Shown: piece by piece, positions 8,966 to 18,499 of the stretch | How positions within the stretch are numbered: the first letter of the stretch is position 1 | Layout of the letters: each line of letters begins with the position of its first letter | Virus record (IMG/VR): IMGVR_UViG_3300025288_000045 | Coordinates: 1 to 39,548 of that record | Length of the DNA stretch: 39,548 nt | From: a virus | Lineage: Duplodnaviria > Caudoviricetes | Reading direction: 5' to 3' (one strand) | Notes under the pieces: generated by a model | Told to the model about the DNA's origin: nothing | The model's input: the letters and a program-made list of their open reading frames with translations, nothing else | The model's database searches: none | Translations under genes and position numbers: made by a program

Positions 8966-9760
8966 TTATCTTAATTCAAACCAGCTTCCTTTTGTAGGCG
9001 AACCAGCAGCAATGTTTATTGAGTATGTATCACCTACTCCTACCAAAAAGCTCAACCCATTAGCGTATGTTGTCGAACCTCCGCACGACAGTTGACCATA
9101 GGTAGAATTTACAATAGCTACTACGGCATTTGGAGCAGAGCCAGTACCTCTAAAATGCACAACGATTGGCCTCCCCGTCGTGTTCGTGTACGTCGTGCTG
9201 ATGGCTCTGCTCGCAGTCACATCCTGCCAAGTTTGCCCATAATGTCCGCCTGCCAGTGCATTGTTTGCTGTAGTATTAGCTGTATTCGCCGTAGTGTTAG
9301 CAATTTCTGCTGTCTTCGGGTCAATCGCTCTCTGGTAGTTCCTCACCTCGCAAGTGGTCGCGGTGAGCAGGTACACCTCGAAGGTGTCCCCTGCCGCTGT
9401 GGGGATAGTAGCTCCACCTTGCAGGATAGTCAGCCCTGCCCCTGCGGTAATATCTCCAGCGCCGAGGCATTTGCGTTTGTAGGTTATCCCTGCGACACCG
9501 TGAAATGCGGTAATGGCTACGCCTGTGTCGGAGAGAGTGCCTTCGAGTGATTCCCCCGTTAGGTCGGTAGTCGCGGCACGGACTGTGGCAGCTACGGCAT
9601 TCACGCTTAAAGCACCATCAGTGAATGTCTTCACTCCAGCAATACCCTCATTCCCAGTAGTACTTACCTTAGTAGCTAAGCCATTGCTTAAATCAACTGG
9701 ACTCACAGCCCCAACCACGGGAGTAACCTTGCGGGATACGATCTGTACTTCGTCATCCAA
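8966..9760 (-). CDS. Tail fibre protein, C-terminal part (in frame with 9785..9973; true gene probably 8966..9973)
   Basis: GQTWQDVT...YTNTTGRPI...WFELR tip; separated from the upstream ORF only by one in-frame TAG plus 8 sense codons. Confidence 0.75.
   Translation of the reverse strand: MDDEVQIVSRKVTPVVGAVSPVDLSNGLATKVSTTGNEGIAGVKTFTDGALSVNAVAATVRAATTDLTGESLEGTLSDTGVAITAFHGVAGITYKRKCLGAGDITAGAGLTILQGGATIPTAAGDTFEVYLLTATTCEVRNYQRAIDPKTAEIANTTANTANTTANNALAGGHYGQTWQDVTASRAISTTYTNTTGRPIVVHFRGTGSAPNAVVAIVNSTYGQLSCGGSTTYANGLSFLVGVGDTYSINIAAGSPTKGSWFELR
9223..9439. repeat. Direct repeat copy 2 (partner 3368..3563)
   Basis: See copy 1. Confidence 0.95.
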
Positions 9761-9768
9761 AACTGCAG

Positions 9769-9794
9769 CGGTACCTCTGTAGTACTAGGTACCG
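9769..9794. repeat. 8-bp inverted repeat flanking a 10-bp apparently inverted spacer
   Basis: CGGTACCT-ctgtagtact-AGGTACCG. Confidence 0.9.
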
Positions 9795-9973
9795 TCGGTA
9801 GCTGTGAATTCAGATGGTAATATTTTAGAGCCATTCAGGAATACATCTACACTTCCAGGCGTATAGGAAGCACTAAAAGTCGTTTGACCGGAAGTAGCAA
9901 TGTACGCATACCTGTACTCTGCATCAACGATGTCGTTAGGAGCTACTCCGTAGTAAGCGTTAGATTGTGCCAT
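9785..9973 (-). CDS. Tail fibre protein, N-terminal part
   Basis: ATSGQTTF...YTPGSVDVFLNG...FTATDGT domain cut short by TAG. Confidence 0.7.
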   Translation of the reverse strand: MAQSNAYYGVAPNDIVDAEYRYAYIATSGQTTFSASYTPGSVDVFLNGSKILPSEFTATDGT

Positions 9974-9979
9974 AGTTTA

Positions 9980-10309
9980 TTAACCTGCTATTTCCAAAAG
10001 TTCAATAGATAAGTCTATCATCAAAGTAGTATCAGTAACTGCGTGTACTATGTCACCAGCCTTAAGTACCATCTTAGGCAGTTTAGCTGCACCACCATAA
10101 GGGATGGAGATTGCATTCAAACGATTCACTACACTAGCTCCGTTATGAATCTCTAGCGTTAAAGTATGACTGGATTTATTCACATTGTCTATGTTAGACG
10201 CCGTACCATGGAAAGCGATGACAGTAGTACCAGATGCTACCGGTCCATACACTTGGGCTAGTACATTAGTTACTTGAAAGTCTGCCCTGTTAAAAGTTGT
10301 TGTTGACAT
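9980..10309 (-). CDS. Small virion structural protein (tail/baseplate associated)
   Basis: 109-aa beta-rich ORF tightly packed in the tail cluster; KMVL-AGD...SIELLEI. Confidence 0.55.
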   Translation of the reverse strand: MSTTTFNRADFQVTNVLAQVYGPVASGTTVIAFHGTASNIDNVNKSSHTLTLEIHNGASVVNRLNAISIPYGGAAKLPKMVLKAGDIVHAVTDTTLMIDLSIELLEIAG

Positions 10310-10311
10310 TT

Positions 10312-11091
10312 TTATTCACCTAAAAGAATGGAATATATAATTGCATTAGAAGAACCTGCTTCTAAATCTGTAATAGTCGAAGTAGTACTTTGATATACCT
10401 CGAACTGTTCGCCTGCCGCCGGTAGGCTTGGTAAATCTGTAGCCCAAGTAAAACTACTATCAGTCTTAGATAGTAGGGGGCGAACGGTGCCAGCTAAGGC
10501 TCCACTAGTAAATTGTACTAGATACTTACCAGTAATAACTGTAGATACTCCACTAGAGGTTAGCGTAGAAGATAACGAAGCTAATGTAGGCGACGGACTT
10601 GCTGCAATAGTTCCCGTAAATACTCTCTTGGAGTAGTTAGAGAATCTCCACGTATCGACCGTATTCTTCAGTGCTACCGTTGGGTTGCCGTCATCATCAA
10701 GGCTGGCACAGACATACGATGTCCCATTTGAGTCAGAGGGTTTAGTTAATAGCTCCACAGAAGACAGCTCTGACATCCTGGTGTCAGTCTTAGCAAAAGA
10801 AGCTAAGGTAGCGGAAGTTACCCTAACCTCCACTGAGGTACCTGAAGGGAAACTGGCGGTCGAAGTATTCTCACGGCCTCGGATTACCGTCAGTACATTT
10901 CCAGTCTTAAGGAAACACTCTACTATCTCCACAGTAGTACCAGTATCTAACGTAGCTAAAAAGTATTGACCAGTAGTTGGGCTGGGAAATTTACTAGCGT
11001 CTACTAAGGTAATAGATATATCCGCACCTGTAATAGGTAAGGATAGTGTAGTCTTAGCGTTGTTTGCAAAAAGTTGTTGTCTCAAAGTCAT
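10312..11091 (-). CDS. Tail fibre proximal / baseplate-attachment protein
   Basis: FANNA-TTL...EIV...LTVIRG-ENT...VEVRVT N-terminal domain common in tail fibres. Confidence 0.65.
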   Translation of the reverse strand: MTLRQQLFANNAKTTLSLPITGADISITLVDASKFPSPTTGQYFLATLDTGTTVEIVECFLKTGNVLTVIRGRENTSTASFPSGTSVEVRVTSATLASFAKTDTRMSELSSVELLTKPSDSNGTSYVCASLDDDGNPTVALKNTVDTWRFSNYSKRVFTGTIAASPSPTLASLSSTLTSSGVSTVITGKYLVQFTSGALAGTVRPLLSKTDSSFTWATDLPSLPAAGEQFEVYQSTTSTITDLEAGSSNAIIYSILLGE

Positions 11092-11093
11092 AG

Positions 11094-11507
11094 TTAAACC
11101 TTAGGTATGTATACTATGGAGCTAGCCGTAGTTTTTAGTTTCATTTCAGTGCCCAGGGAGTTTATAGAAGCAGTAGCCCTAGTAACATACGGTGTGTGAT
11201 CCTCCGTTAAACTTAGTAGTATTTTAGCAGTATTATGCCTTAGGTACTTATTAGCGAACTTAGGTATTGCAGTAGAAGAGTTATAAACCTGTAGTCTGCT
11301 CAGTTCGTCTAGATTACAAATACCTATATACTCACCTAATGTAGTAGTACCTGTATTTTCATATATAAATATTTCTCCGGGTAAATTAGGATATACTCCC
11401 TCTACCTGAAGTAAGCTTAGCAGTAATACCTTATTCTTATTTGAGTCTAAAGATACCTCTATGTTAAGGTAGTCTCCTGGTCCTTGGTAGAAGGGGGGGT
11501 TTGCCAT
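11094..11507 (-). CDS. Hypothetical virion protein
   Basis: Translationally coupled ORF in the baseplate cluster. Confidence 0.55.
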   Translation of the reverse strand: MANPPFYQGPGDYLNIEVSLDSNKNKVLLLSLLQVEGVYPNLPGEIFIYENTGTTTLGEYIGICNLDELSRLQVYNSSTAIPKFANKYLRHNTAKILLSLTEDHTPYVTRATASINSLGTEMKLKTTASSIVYIPKV

Positions 11508-12052
11508 TAAGCCACCTTAATAGTCCACTCGAAGTGGATGCTAAAATCTGCCGTCTTAGGAATACCGGGAAAAGTCTTTATGTTAAACAATGAGTTGTTG
11601 GAGAATAATAGTCCAGCCTCGGTGATAAGACTACCATTGGCGGTTGACTGATCAATGTCAGCGATAAACGTAACTGAAGGTATGGCCATATCCGTAGTAT
11701 TATAGGTAGTCACACTTAATAATGGGGTGAATAATGTGAAAATAGACCCACTTACTGATTTAGGGTATAGGCCCTCAGGGTCTACTGTTCCACCGGTACC
11801 TATCTGTAATCTATCTATTACATTAACAACAAACCCGCTATTATAGATAGAGGACAGCATATACTGTTTCGAAGTTAACACAATTAGGTTCTGTTTAGTA
11901 AGGACCGGCTCAACGGTCCCATCCGTGAATACTTTACTAATAGAAAGAATGCCATCTAAGGTGTGTATTTTAAATACAGCCTTAACCCCGGTTACTATAC
12001 TTGAGTAGAGACATCTTACCTTTTGGAGTATATGTGCTGGAATATTTTTCAT
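11507..12052 (-). CDS. Baseplate / tail-collar type protein
   Basis: NLIV...IGTGG...ANG--ITEAGL...F-IKTF--I-KT...EWTI signature. Confidence 0.7.
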   Translation of the reverse strand: MKNIPAHILQKVRCLYSSIVTGVKAVFKIHTLDGILSISKVFTDGTVEPVLTKQNLIVLTSKQYMLSSIYNSGFVVNVIDRLQIGTGGTVDPEGLYPKSVSGSIFTLFTPLLSVTTYNTTDMAIPSVTFIADIDQSTANGSLITEAGLLFSNNSLFNIKTFPGIPKTADFSIHFEWTIKVA

Positions 12053-12063
12053 GTTATTTAGTG

Positions 12064-14313
12064 TTATCTGACTACCTTGTGTACGAGGGCTGAGCCGTCT
12101 CTAAGTATTTGTCTAGGCGTATTATTCGCATCTAGGTATTCTGTATCTACGGTAGTCGTTTGACCATCTTCATTGATAGCATTACTAAGTGTATTATAGC
12201 TTAAAACCCCCCTCCCCCTCATGGAGTAAACGGGAGAAAGCATAGGTCCTAACCCCCTAGCCATGGGTGCATTAGCCTGCTGGATCACAGGATCAGTATC
12301 TTCTATTACCTTGTAGGGTGAAATCTCCAAGTCAAAATTAGAGGTTACTAAGTATACACCCACTAACCCCGAAACTATTCTGACTCCTATAACCAAATCT
12401 CCATCCCTTAAATCAGTAGGGTACGATGGTAACCATAGAAAATCTGCTCCCCTCGGCAAGAATGGGCTACTTGGTATTTGGCTGGTAGTTCTAGAAAAAA
12501 TAATATTAAAGTAGGCAACTAATAGTGGTTTATAGTTAAATAAATCTATAGCAGAGTTAATGGCAACGCTATTAATAGACTGATCTAGATCCCTAGCTAA
12601 TAGATTAAAACTCCAGCGGCTAGAACTTGGAGGTGCAACACTCATTGCGCTACACTTAGCGGCTATAGTCTCATCTGTAACTATGTACATGGGCACCACC
12701 CTCTTATCTGCCGTGATCAGCCCAGTAGACATAAACCCCGTTAATGCTGGTTCTCCAAAAGAGTTGTCTATCCCTCTAACATGAGCTACTACCGACCTCT
12801 TAGCCCGTAAGGTGTTTTCCCCCCTAGTGAACAAGGTATTTAACCACCCAGCATCACTACTGAGCGTATTAGAATACTGACCAGGAAGATTTACAATACC
12901 TGTCACCGTTTGATCTCCAGTTCTCATAGATAATCCGGACTTGAATAGTCTATCTATAGTAGAGGATGCGTTCATTCTCATGAAACTTGGTGTCCCTCTT
13001 AGAATACAGTCAACTGGCACCTCATCACTTATAGGGAGACCTGCAGTATCAAAGTTAACCGAGTCTCCCATCATGTCACCTGGAGCCAACCATAGAATCC
13101 TGGTGTTATCCCTAACCATACGAGAGATGGAGAATGAAAAGTCCTCAGTAAGTAATTTATCTCTTCGTTGAGTAAGAGTATCGTCACTAGAAGTTATAGT
13201 TTCCTCAAGGTAAGGGATACTCCATATGTAGATAGCCTGAGAATACAGAGGTTTAACTCTATTGATAATATCCTCTATCTGTTGGAAGTTTTGGTTATTT
13301 TTGAATGTACTAACTTTTACATTAACGAGGAATGTATGATTTTTTATGTAAGTACGCATTAGATAGTCGAAGTTACTACCTAACGTGGCATACCTTTCAG
13401 TCTGGGTTTCAGGTAGTGAGGGAATTATGGACGGGGGTATAGATAGATTTATCCACCAATCACCATCTTCAACCCAATCTTTAATCTCTACCCACTGAGA
13501 GAGCTCATCAGATACACTCAGGATATCACCCGGTAGCACTGAAGGTAATAGCCCATATGGTAATACATACTTATTCTTATCCGTAATAACTATATACTGA
13601 TCAGTGTCTAAGTACTGACGAACATCTATAACCTCTTCACTCTCCCTGGCCAAAGGGATGCCTAGGCATAGGTTTAACCCTTTACGTAGGATAGACAAAG
13701 TAGGGCCTTGGTAGTACATATAGTACAACCCGTACACAAAGCTTTTATAGACTTCTGTAGAGGTAGCAGGATCAACTCCTATAAGCTTAGCGTAGTGTTT
13801 ATATATAAGTTGCTCATCAACTTCGGCATCCACAAACCACATAGCGTACTCTGTAGTGCCATCTGCTAACTTTCTAGCGGGAAATCCAAGCTCAGATAAG
13901 GGCTTGTATAAGGTTATCTCGCCATCACTCACATGATAATTAACATTATCTTCTAGCGAAGTAGTAGGGAGTAATGGTCTATTGGCTATAAACTTAGAGC
14001 CCACAATTTCTATAGGTAATGTGAAAGTATTTACTTTCCCCTCAACCTCATCACTATTTTTAATAACTACCAGCTTAATGGTTGACCCAATAGAATCCTC
14101 TATATCCTTAAGGCTTATGGAAGAGGTCATCTGTAGGAACTTACTATATATAGATGCTGCTGACTCTGAGGTAGCCTCTAACATCAGGTTAACCATGCCA
14201 GTATCCTCAAACATGACTGAGAAGAAGTCTGAGATACCATATAGGTAAGTTAGATTAGTAGTGTCAGTACCAACTGGTAGTCCCTCTGCTCCGAATCCAG
14301 AATATGTCGTCAT
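12064..14313 (-). CDS. Baseplate wedge protein (putative)
   Basis: 749 aa directly after the baseplate J-like gene; GPT----GL and RVKP motifs. Confidence 0.55.
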   Translation of the reverse strand: MTTYSGFGAEGLPVGTDTTNLTYLYGISDFFSVMFEDTGMVNLMLEATSESAASIYSKFLQMTSSISLKDIEDSIGSTIKLVVIKNSDEVEGKVNTFTLPIEIVGSKFIANRPLLPTTSLEDNVNYHVSDGEITLYKPLSELGFPARKLADGTTEYAMWFVDAEVDEQLIYKHYAKLIGVDPATSTEVYKSFVYGLYYMYYQGPTLSILRKGLNLCLGIPLARESEEVIDVRQYLDTDQYIVITDKNKYVLPYGLLPSVLPGDILSVSDELSQWVEIKDWVEDGDWWINLSIPPSIIPSLPETQTERYATLGSNFDYLMRTYIKNHTFLVNVKVSTFKNNQNFQQIEDIINRVKPLYSQAIYIWSIPYLEETITSSDDTLTQRRDKLLTEDFSFSISRMVRDNTRILWLAPGDMMGDSVNFDTAGLPISDEVPVDCILRGTPSFMRMNASSTIDRLFKSGLSMRTGDQTVTGIVNLPGQYSNTLSSDAGWLNTLFTRGENTLRAKRSVVAHVRGIDNSFGEPALTGFMSTGLITADKRVVPMYIVTDETIAAKCSAMSVAPPSSSRWSFNLLARDLDQSINSVAINSAIDLFNYKPLLVAYFNIIFSRTTSQIPSSPFLPRGADFLWLPSYPTDLRDGDLVIGVRIVSGLVGVYLVTSNFDLEISPYKVIEDTDPVIQQANAPMARGLGPMLSPVYSMRGRGVLSYNTLSNAINEDGQTTTVDTEYLDANNTPRQILRDGSALVHKVVR

Positions 14314-14316
14314 AGG

Positions 14317-16767
14317 TTATCTCTGTACTGGGGCGTTAGTTGCTGGTAAATTCTCTACAGTAGTTGTTATAGTGTCTAATACGAATAGGCTGGTAGGATC
14401 ATTGGGATCCAATACGTCTTCTATTACACCAGTATCTGGAGTTATTAACTCTGTTAAGTCTCTGGTGTACCTAGAGTATGATACGAACAATGGTAACTTG
14501 ATATCCAACATACCGGCATTCTTCAAGCTGGCGACTAGTTCTGCTACTACGAAAGGTTGGCCTGGAGCCAAACTATCTATATATGCAGTAGCTGCACTCT
14601 CCACTAGCGTATTACTGGATGTAGTGTACTGAGTAACTCCTATAGTCAGGATATATAGATTAAACCCTCTGGCTAAATAGTCGGCACAGAGAACTTTCCT
14701 CTCCTTATCCTCTAAGTAGTTCTGGACAACATCTACCTTATCAAACCTACGGACCTCAAATGTTGCCGTCTTATTAACGTAAGCTGGTCCAAAGTCTATA
14801 TGGATTTCTTGTTTAGTACTAAATCCGAAGTCGGCTGGGGGATATGTAGAGACGCATATTGGGCTAGTTGTAGTTATAGTAGTAACATCATCTACCATAG
14901 TAGTGACACTGATGATGAAGTTATCCTGGTCTGTAACTGAGCTAATGACCCAACTTCCATTAAAGCCGGAAGGTGTTAATCCTGATAAAGTAACTTTCCT
15001 GCTTACCTGTAAACCATGTCTGGGCATAAATACAGAAACTACCCCATTACCTAAATTAGTGACCGACAGTACCTCTCTGGACTCCACATTTGGATTCCTC
15101 AGCGTGTACCTGACTGGGCTAGTTATGGTAGCAGTGTCAGTAGTAACGGCATTAGTGTTGTTAGAGGTAAACGAAAAAGTACTAAGGGTTATTGCAGATA
15201 TGGTTCTACTACCATTAAGTACGTTAACTTCACATAGCATTGTACCAGTACCTGAAACCGGTATATTGGCTAGAACTATATATGAGAACGTATCTGCCGT
15301 AGTAGAGGTAATAGTATAAGTACCATTATAATCAGAAGGGGTTACCCCAGATATAGTTACGGTATCTCCTGGTAAGAATCCGTGCCCAACACTAGTAGCG
15401 GTTACAGTTACACCGGTGCAAGTAATACTAGATACCGATAAGGTTTGTGAGAACCCTTGTACGTCTATAAGCTCGCCTTGAATAAATGGGTGAGCGTTTG
15501 AAGTCAGAGTATATGTAGAAATACCTGATGTAGGTGTATCCACTAGCACGGACACGTCAGTATATGGGACAGTAACTGAGTTTAGGACTGGAATAGTATC
15601 TTCTGCACCTGCGGAGATGCTACTACGGAAGACTCTGTAGTTAGGGCCAGTAAGCATGGCCACCCCTAAAGAATCTGTACTCAGTTGAACTAGCTCAGAT
15701 ACAGGGGATTTAGAGCAGTAGACATCCACAGCCCCACCTAAGTGAACCCTAGTCTGGATAGAGTGCTCTAATATGCTCGGCATGGTCACAGGCACTACAG
15801 TACCAGTAGGTACTGTTACTTCAATAGTATTGGTAGTAGTATTGTTTATCTTAAATTCCCCATTTAGGTTAACTGAGGATGAACCACTAGAAGTCACATA
15901 CTGACCAGTATAAAAGCCGTGGTCTGTTATAGTTAGGGTAGCTACGGTATCCACTATATCAATGGACTCCACAAGTTTAGTTGCACGCTGGGGAAGCATA
16001 CCTATAATAAGGTCCCTCATCATGCTTGAGTCCCCCATACCTATAGTAAGTATATGGTTTAGGTCTGTAAACATGCCGCGTAGGTTGAAATCTACAGACG
16101 GTTGATTAATCAGGTTACGGGTGGAAACCGAGGATTTAGACCTAGCAATAAACTGGGTGTTAGTTTCTGTTGGTACTGATCCACTTACTAGATAGTTAAT
16201 CTCTCCCCTTAAAAAATATGGGTCAAAGTTAGAGAAATACAGCAAGCTACCTGAGCTCAGGTTATATTCTACCCCTTCACTTTCAGCTGCTAGGTCTACA
16301 TCTATGTAGTACTCGTTGCTATAGCTATCATACTGTACGTATGATGACGATAAGTTATACGCTTGTGCCGGGAAAAACTTTATTTTATTATCTACTGAAA
16401 AGTAGGTGCTTGATGGGATGCCTATGTTTTTAGACCTGGCGAAGAATAGGCGTACATTAATAGTACTTTTAGTACCTTGATTACGCTCAACAAACAGGTT
16501 GGACATAATTTTATCTACCATTTCTGTAGAGGTAGTATCATCAGCTCCGCTTATCGTGTTCTGTTCAAAGTGGTAGTCTAGACCCTTCTTAATCATGGCT
16601 AAAAGGGTAGCGGTAGGACGTATAACGGTATCACGTAGGGCCGTACCCTCTCTAAGGTCCAAGGTTGGAAACTTGGCTTCGAGTATTTGTTTAGCCAAAT
16701 ACTCGGCTTCAAGAATGTCTCCTTGAGAGGGTTGTATACCCGGAAGTACGGAATAGAAGTCTGTCAT
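14317..16767 (-). CDS. Baseplate J/gp6-like wedge protein with inserted beta-barrel repeats
   Basis: LDLREGTALRD, A---G--YN, ETNTQFIAR motifs; four HG/HP-x3-G-x2-V-x2-SG...NG repeats. Confidence 0.75.
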   Translation of the reverse strand: MTDFYSVLPGIQPSQGDILEAEYLAKQILEAKFPTLDLREGTALRDTVIRPTATLLAMIKKGLDYHFEQNTISGADDTTSTEMVDKIMSNLFVERNQGTKSTINVRLFFARSKNIGIPSSTYFSVDNKIKFFPAQAYNLSSSYVQYDSYSNEYYIDVDLAAESEGVEYNLSSGSLLYFSNFDPYFLRGEINYLVSGSVPTETNTQFIARSKSSVSTRNLINQPSVDFNLRGMFTDLNHILTIGMGDSSMMRDLIIGMLPQRATKLVESIDIVDTVATLTITDHGFYTGQYVTSSGSSSVNLNGEFKINNTTTNTIEVTVPTGTVVPVTMPSILEHSIQTRVHLGGAVDVYCSKSPVSELVQLSTDSLGVAMLTGPNYRVFRSSISAGAEDTIPVLNSVTVPYTDVSVLVDTPTSGISTYTLTSNAHPFIQGELIDVQGFSQTLSVSSITCTGVTVTATSVGHGFLPGDTVTISGVTPSDYNGTYTITSTTADTFSYIVLANIPVSGTGTMLCEVNVLNGSRTISAITLSTFSFTSNNTNAVTTDTATITSPVRYTLRNPNVESREVLSVTNLGNGVVSVFMPRHGLQVSRKVTLSGLTPSGFNGSWVISSVTDQDNFIISVTTMVDDVTTITTTSPICVSTYPPADFGFSTKQEIHIDFGPAYVNKTATFEVRRFDKVDVVQNYLEDKERKVLCADYLARGFNLYILTIGVTQYTTSSNTLVESAATAYIDSLAPGQPFVVAELVASLKNAGMLDIKLPLFVSYSRYTRDLTELITPDTGVIEDVLDPNDPTSLFVLDTITTTVENLPATNAPVQR

Positions 16768-16821
16768 ATGTTAAGCAATGTCCTTGGTTACGATTAGTTT
16801 AACATTTTAAATGACGGGGGT

Positions 16822-17337
16822 CTACACAGTTGGAGTAGTTTTTAGGTCCGTAACAGGGAATGGTAAGGCTACTTGGGCGGTTTCCCCTTCCATAGTAACC
16901 ATTTTCAAATACATGGTAGCAGACTCTGAGCTAGTGTCTATATTTAAAATAGAAACCTCTCTTAACTTAGAACTAGGATCAACTTCATCATACAAAGCCG
17001 CCTTAGTTTGAGATTCAGCTGATTTAATCTGGTCCCTTAAGTCGGAGATAAGCAGCCTATCAGTAGAAGACACATTAGACCGCATAACTATGTTAGTAAA
17101 AGTAGTTCCTATATTGGGGCGTATAACGTCACTTCCCCTAGTTGTTAATAATATCTTGAGAAAGTACTGAGCCACCTTCTGTATGCCTGTAATACTTCTA
17201 GGTGTGTAATCTATATTAAAAGTAAGTTTACCCTCGGGAAAGCCGTCGGGGAATGTTATAAGTAATAAGTCATAGGTAGCTCCGCTTGGGAGGTTTTCAT
17301 TAGTACCTAATCTAGTATTTATACCTACTATGTTCAT
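16822..17337 (-). CDS. gp25/GpW-like baseplate wedge subunit
   Basis: K-LLTTRGSD--RP--GT motif; position next to the J-like gene. Confidence 0.7.
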   Translation of the reverse strand: MNIVGINTRLGTNENLPSGATYDLLLITFPDGFPEGKLTFNIDYTPRSITGIQKVAQYFLKILLTTRGSDVIRPNIGTTFTNIVMRSNVSSTDRLLISDLRDQIKSAESQTKAALYDEVDPSSKLREVSILNIDTSSESATMYLKMVTMEGETAQVALPFPVTDLKTTPTV

Positions 17338-17339
17338 GC

Positions 17340-17705
17340 TTATCCATTCATCCTATTAATAGTTAGTGCACCTTCATTAGAGTAAAATTTAGACTCTTTA
17401 TCTGCCTGATAAGTACGTAGTATCATATAATCTAACTTAGTCCTATTACACATAGCATGCTCTCGTAGCATCGCTGCAGAATGGCTGACCGTCTCTATTA
17501 TCCTGCCATTACCATAACTGGGGGAATCCCCCTTAAAAGTGGTACAAATTCTTAGTAGTTCTGAATAGTCCAGTCCATCCGAGTAATCTCGGAACTCCTC
17601 AGGTAACACATCTCCGGTAGTATCAGCAGAGGATACTGCCTCCGACCTAAAAAAGTTAGAGAGACTGGTATATATGGATGCTACTTGTTCCTTGTAGGAA
17701 GCCAT
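17340..17705 (-). CDS. Hypothetical protein
   Basis: Tightly packed ORF in the operon. Confidence 0.55.
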   Translation of the reverse strand: MASYKEQVASIYTSLSNFFRSEAVSSADTTGDVLPEEFRDYSDGLDYSELLRICTTFKGDSPSYGNGRIIETVSHSAAMLREHAMCNRTKLDYMILRTYQADKESKFYSNEGALTINRMNG

Positions 17706-17707
17706 GA

Positions 17708-18499
17708 TTAATACATCTTAATATCTGTTTTAATACCCTTAATCTTATCCACCAGCTTAGACTTCAGGTAGTTAAGGCGGTTAATATTCACCTCTAGCTT
17801 ACCAGCTAACTCAGTAGAAGTCATACCTTTAGCGTGATTAAGAATAAATTTCTCTTCACTAGAAAGCTGGTCCATTAGGTGAGCTAATAGAATGGCATTT
17901 TCATTAAACGAAGTAAACTCGTTAGGGCGCTCAGTGTTAGACTCTATTAGATCTGAGTACAATGAGTTTTTAAACTTGATAGTGTGGCCCTTACTCCACC
18001 CTAAATGTTTGGCTAACTCATCATCAGATGGGTCTCTGTTTAGTTGTTCAGTTAACTGGGTAAGACCATGATTATACTCATGGAATTTAAGCTGCATATT
18101 CTCGGGGAGCCTAACAGCATTCTGAAACTTGTAGTTCATGCGCCTAACCTTAGGTAGGTAGTTCATGACGTGGGTAGATATGGTCGTACCTTTACTAGGG
18201 TCATAAGTCCGTATGGCCTTAATAGTCCACTTCTTAGCCTCCGCTGACAATGCTGCAGGTGGGAGACTACCTGAAAGCCTATTAACTTCCGACTTAATAA
18301 CTGGGCTTAGGCTTTCTACTAGATTCCCCAAATCACGTTTGCTACCAGTCTTTTTCCATGACTCAAACATTTCCTGGTCACGTTTACGAGCCTCCCCATA
18401 ATTAAAGGGCACCCGTTCAGGGGTTGTGACTGCGGGCCTGGGTACTAACGACGCAGTAGCTGGGTTGATAGGTAGTGGGGCAAATGATACTTTAATCAT
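17708..18499 (-). CDS. Sigma-70 family RNA polymerase sigma factor (FliA/WhiG-like, phage-encoded)
   Basis: Region 2 KAIRTYDPSKG--STH; AVRLPE; region 3 QLNRDPSDDELAKHLGW; region 4 LSSEEK...TELAGKLEV HTH. Confidence 0.85.
   Translation of the reverse strand: MIKVSFAPLPINPATASLVPRPAVTTPERVPFNYGEARKRDQEMFESWKKTGSKRDLGNLVESLSPVIKSEVNRLSGSLPPAALSAEAKKWTIKAIRTYDPSKGTTISTHVMNYLPKVRRMNYKFQNAVRLPENMQLKFHEYNHGLTQLTEQLNRDPSDDELAKHLGWSKGHTIKFKNSLYSDLIESNTERPNEFTSFNENAILLAHLMDQLSSEEKFILNHAKGMTSTELAGKLEVNINRLNYLKSKLVDKIKGIKTDIKMY

Noticed and set aside
3368-9439. Invertase/shufflon-type tail fibre switch
   Set aside because: The repeats are direct, all fibre genes are co-oriented, and no recombinase gene is in the window.
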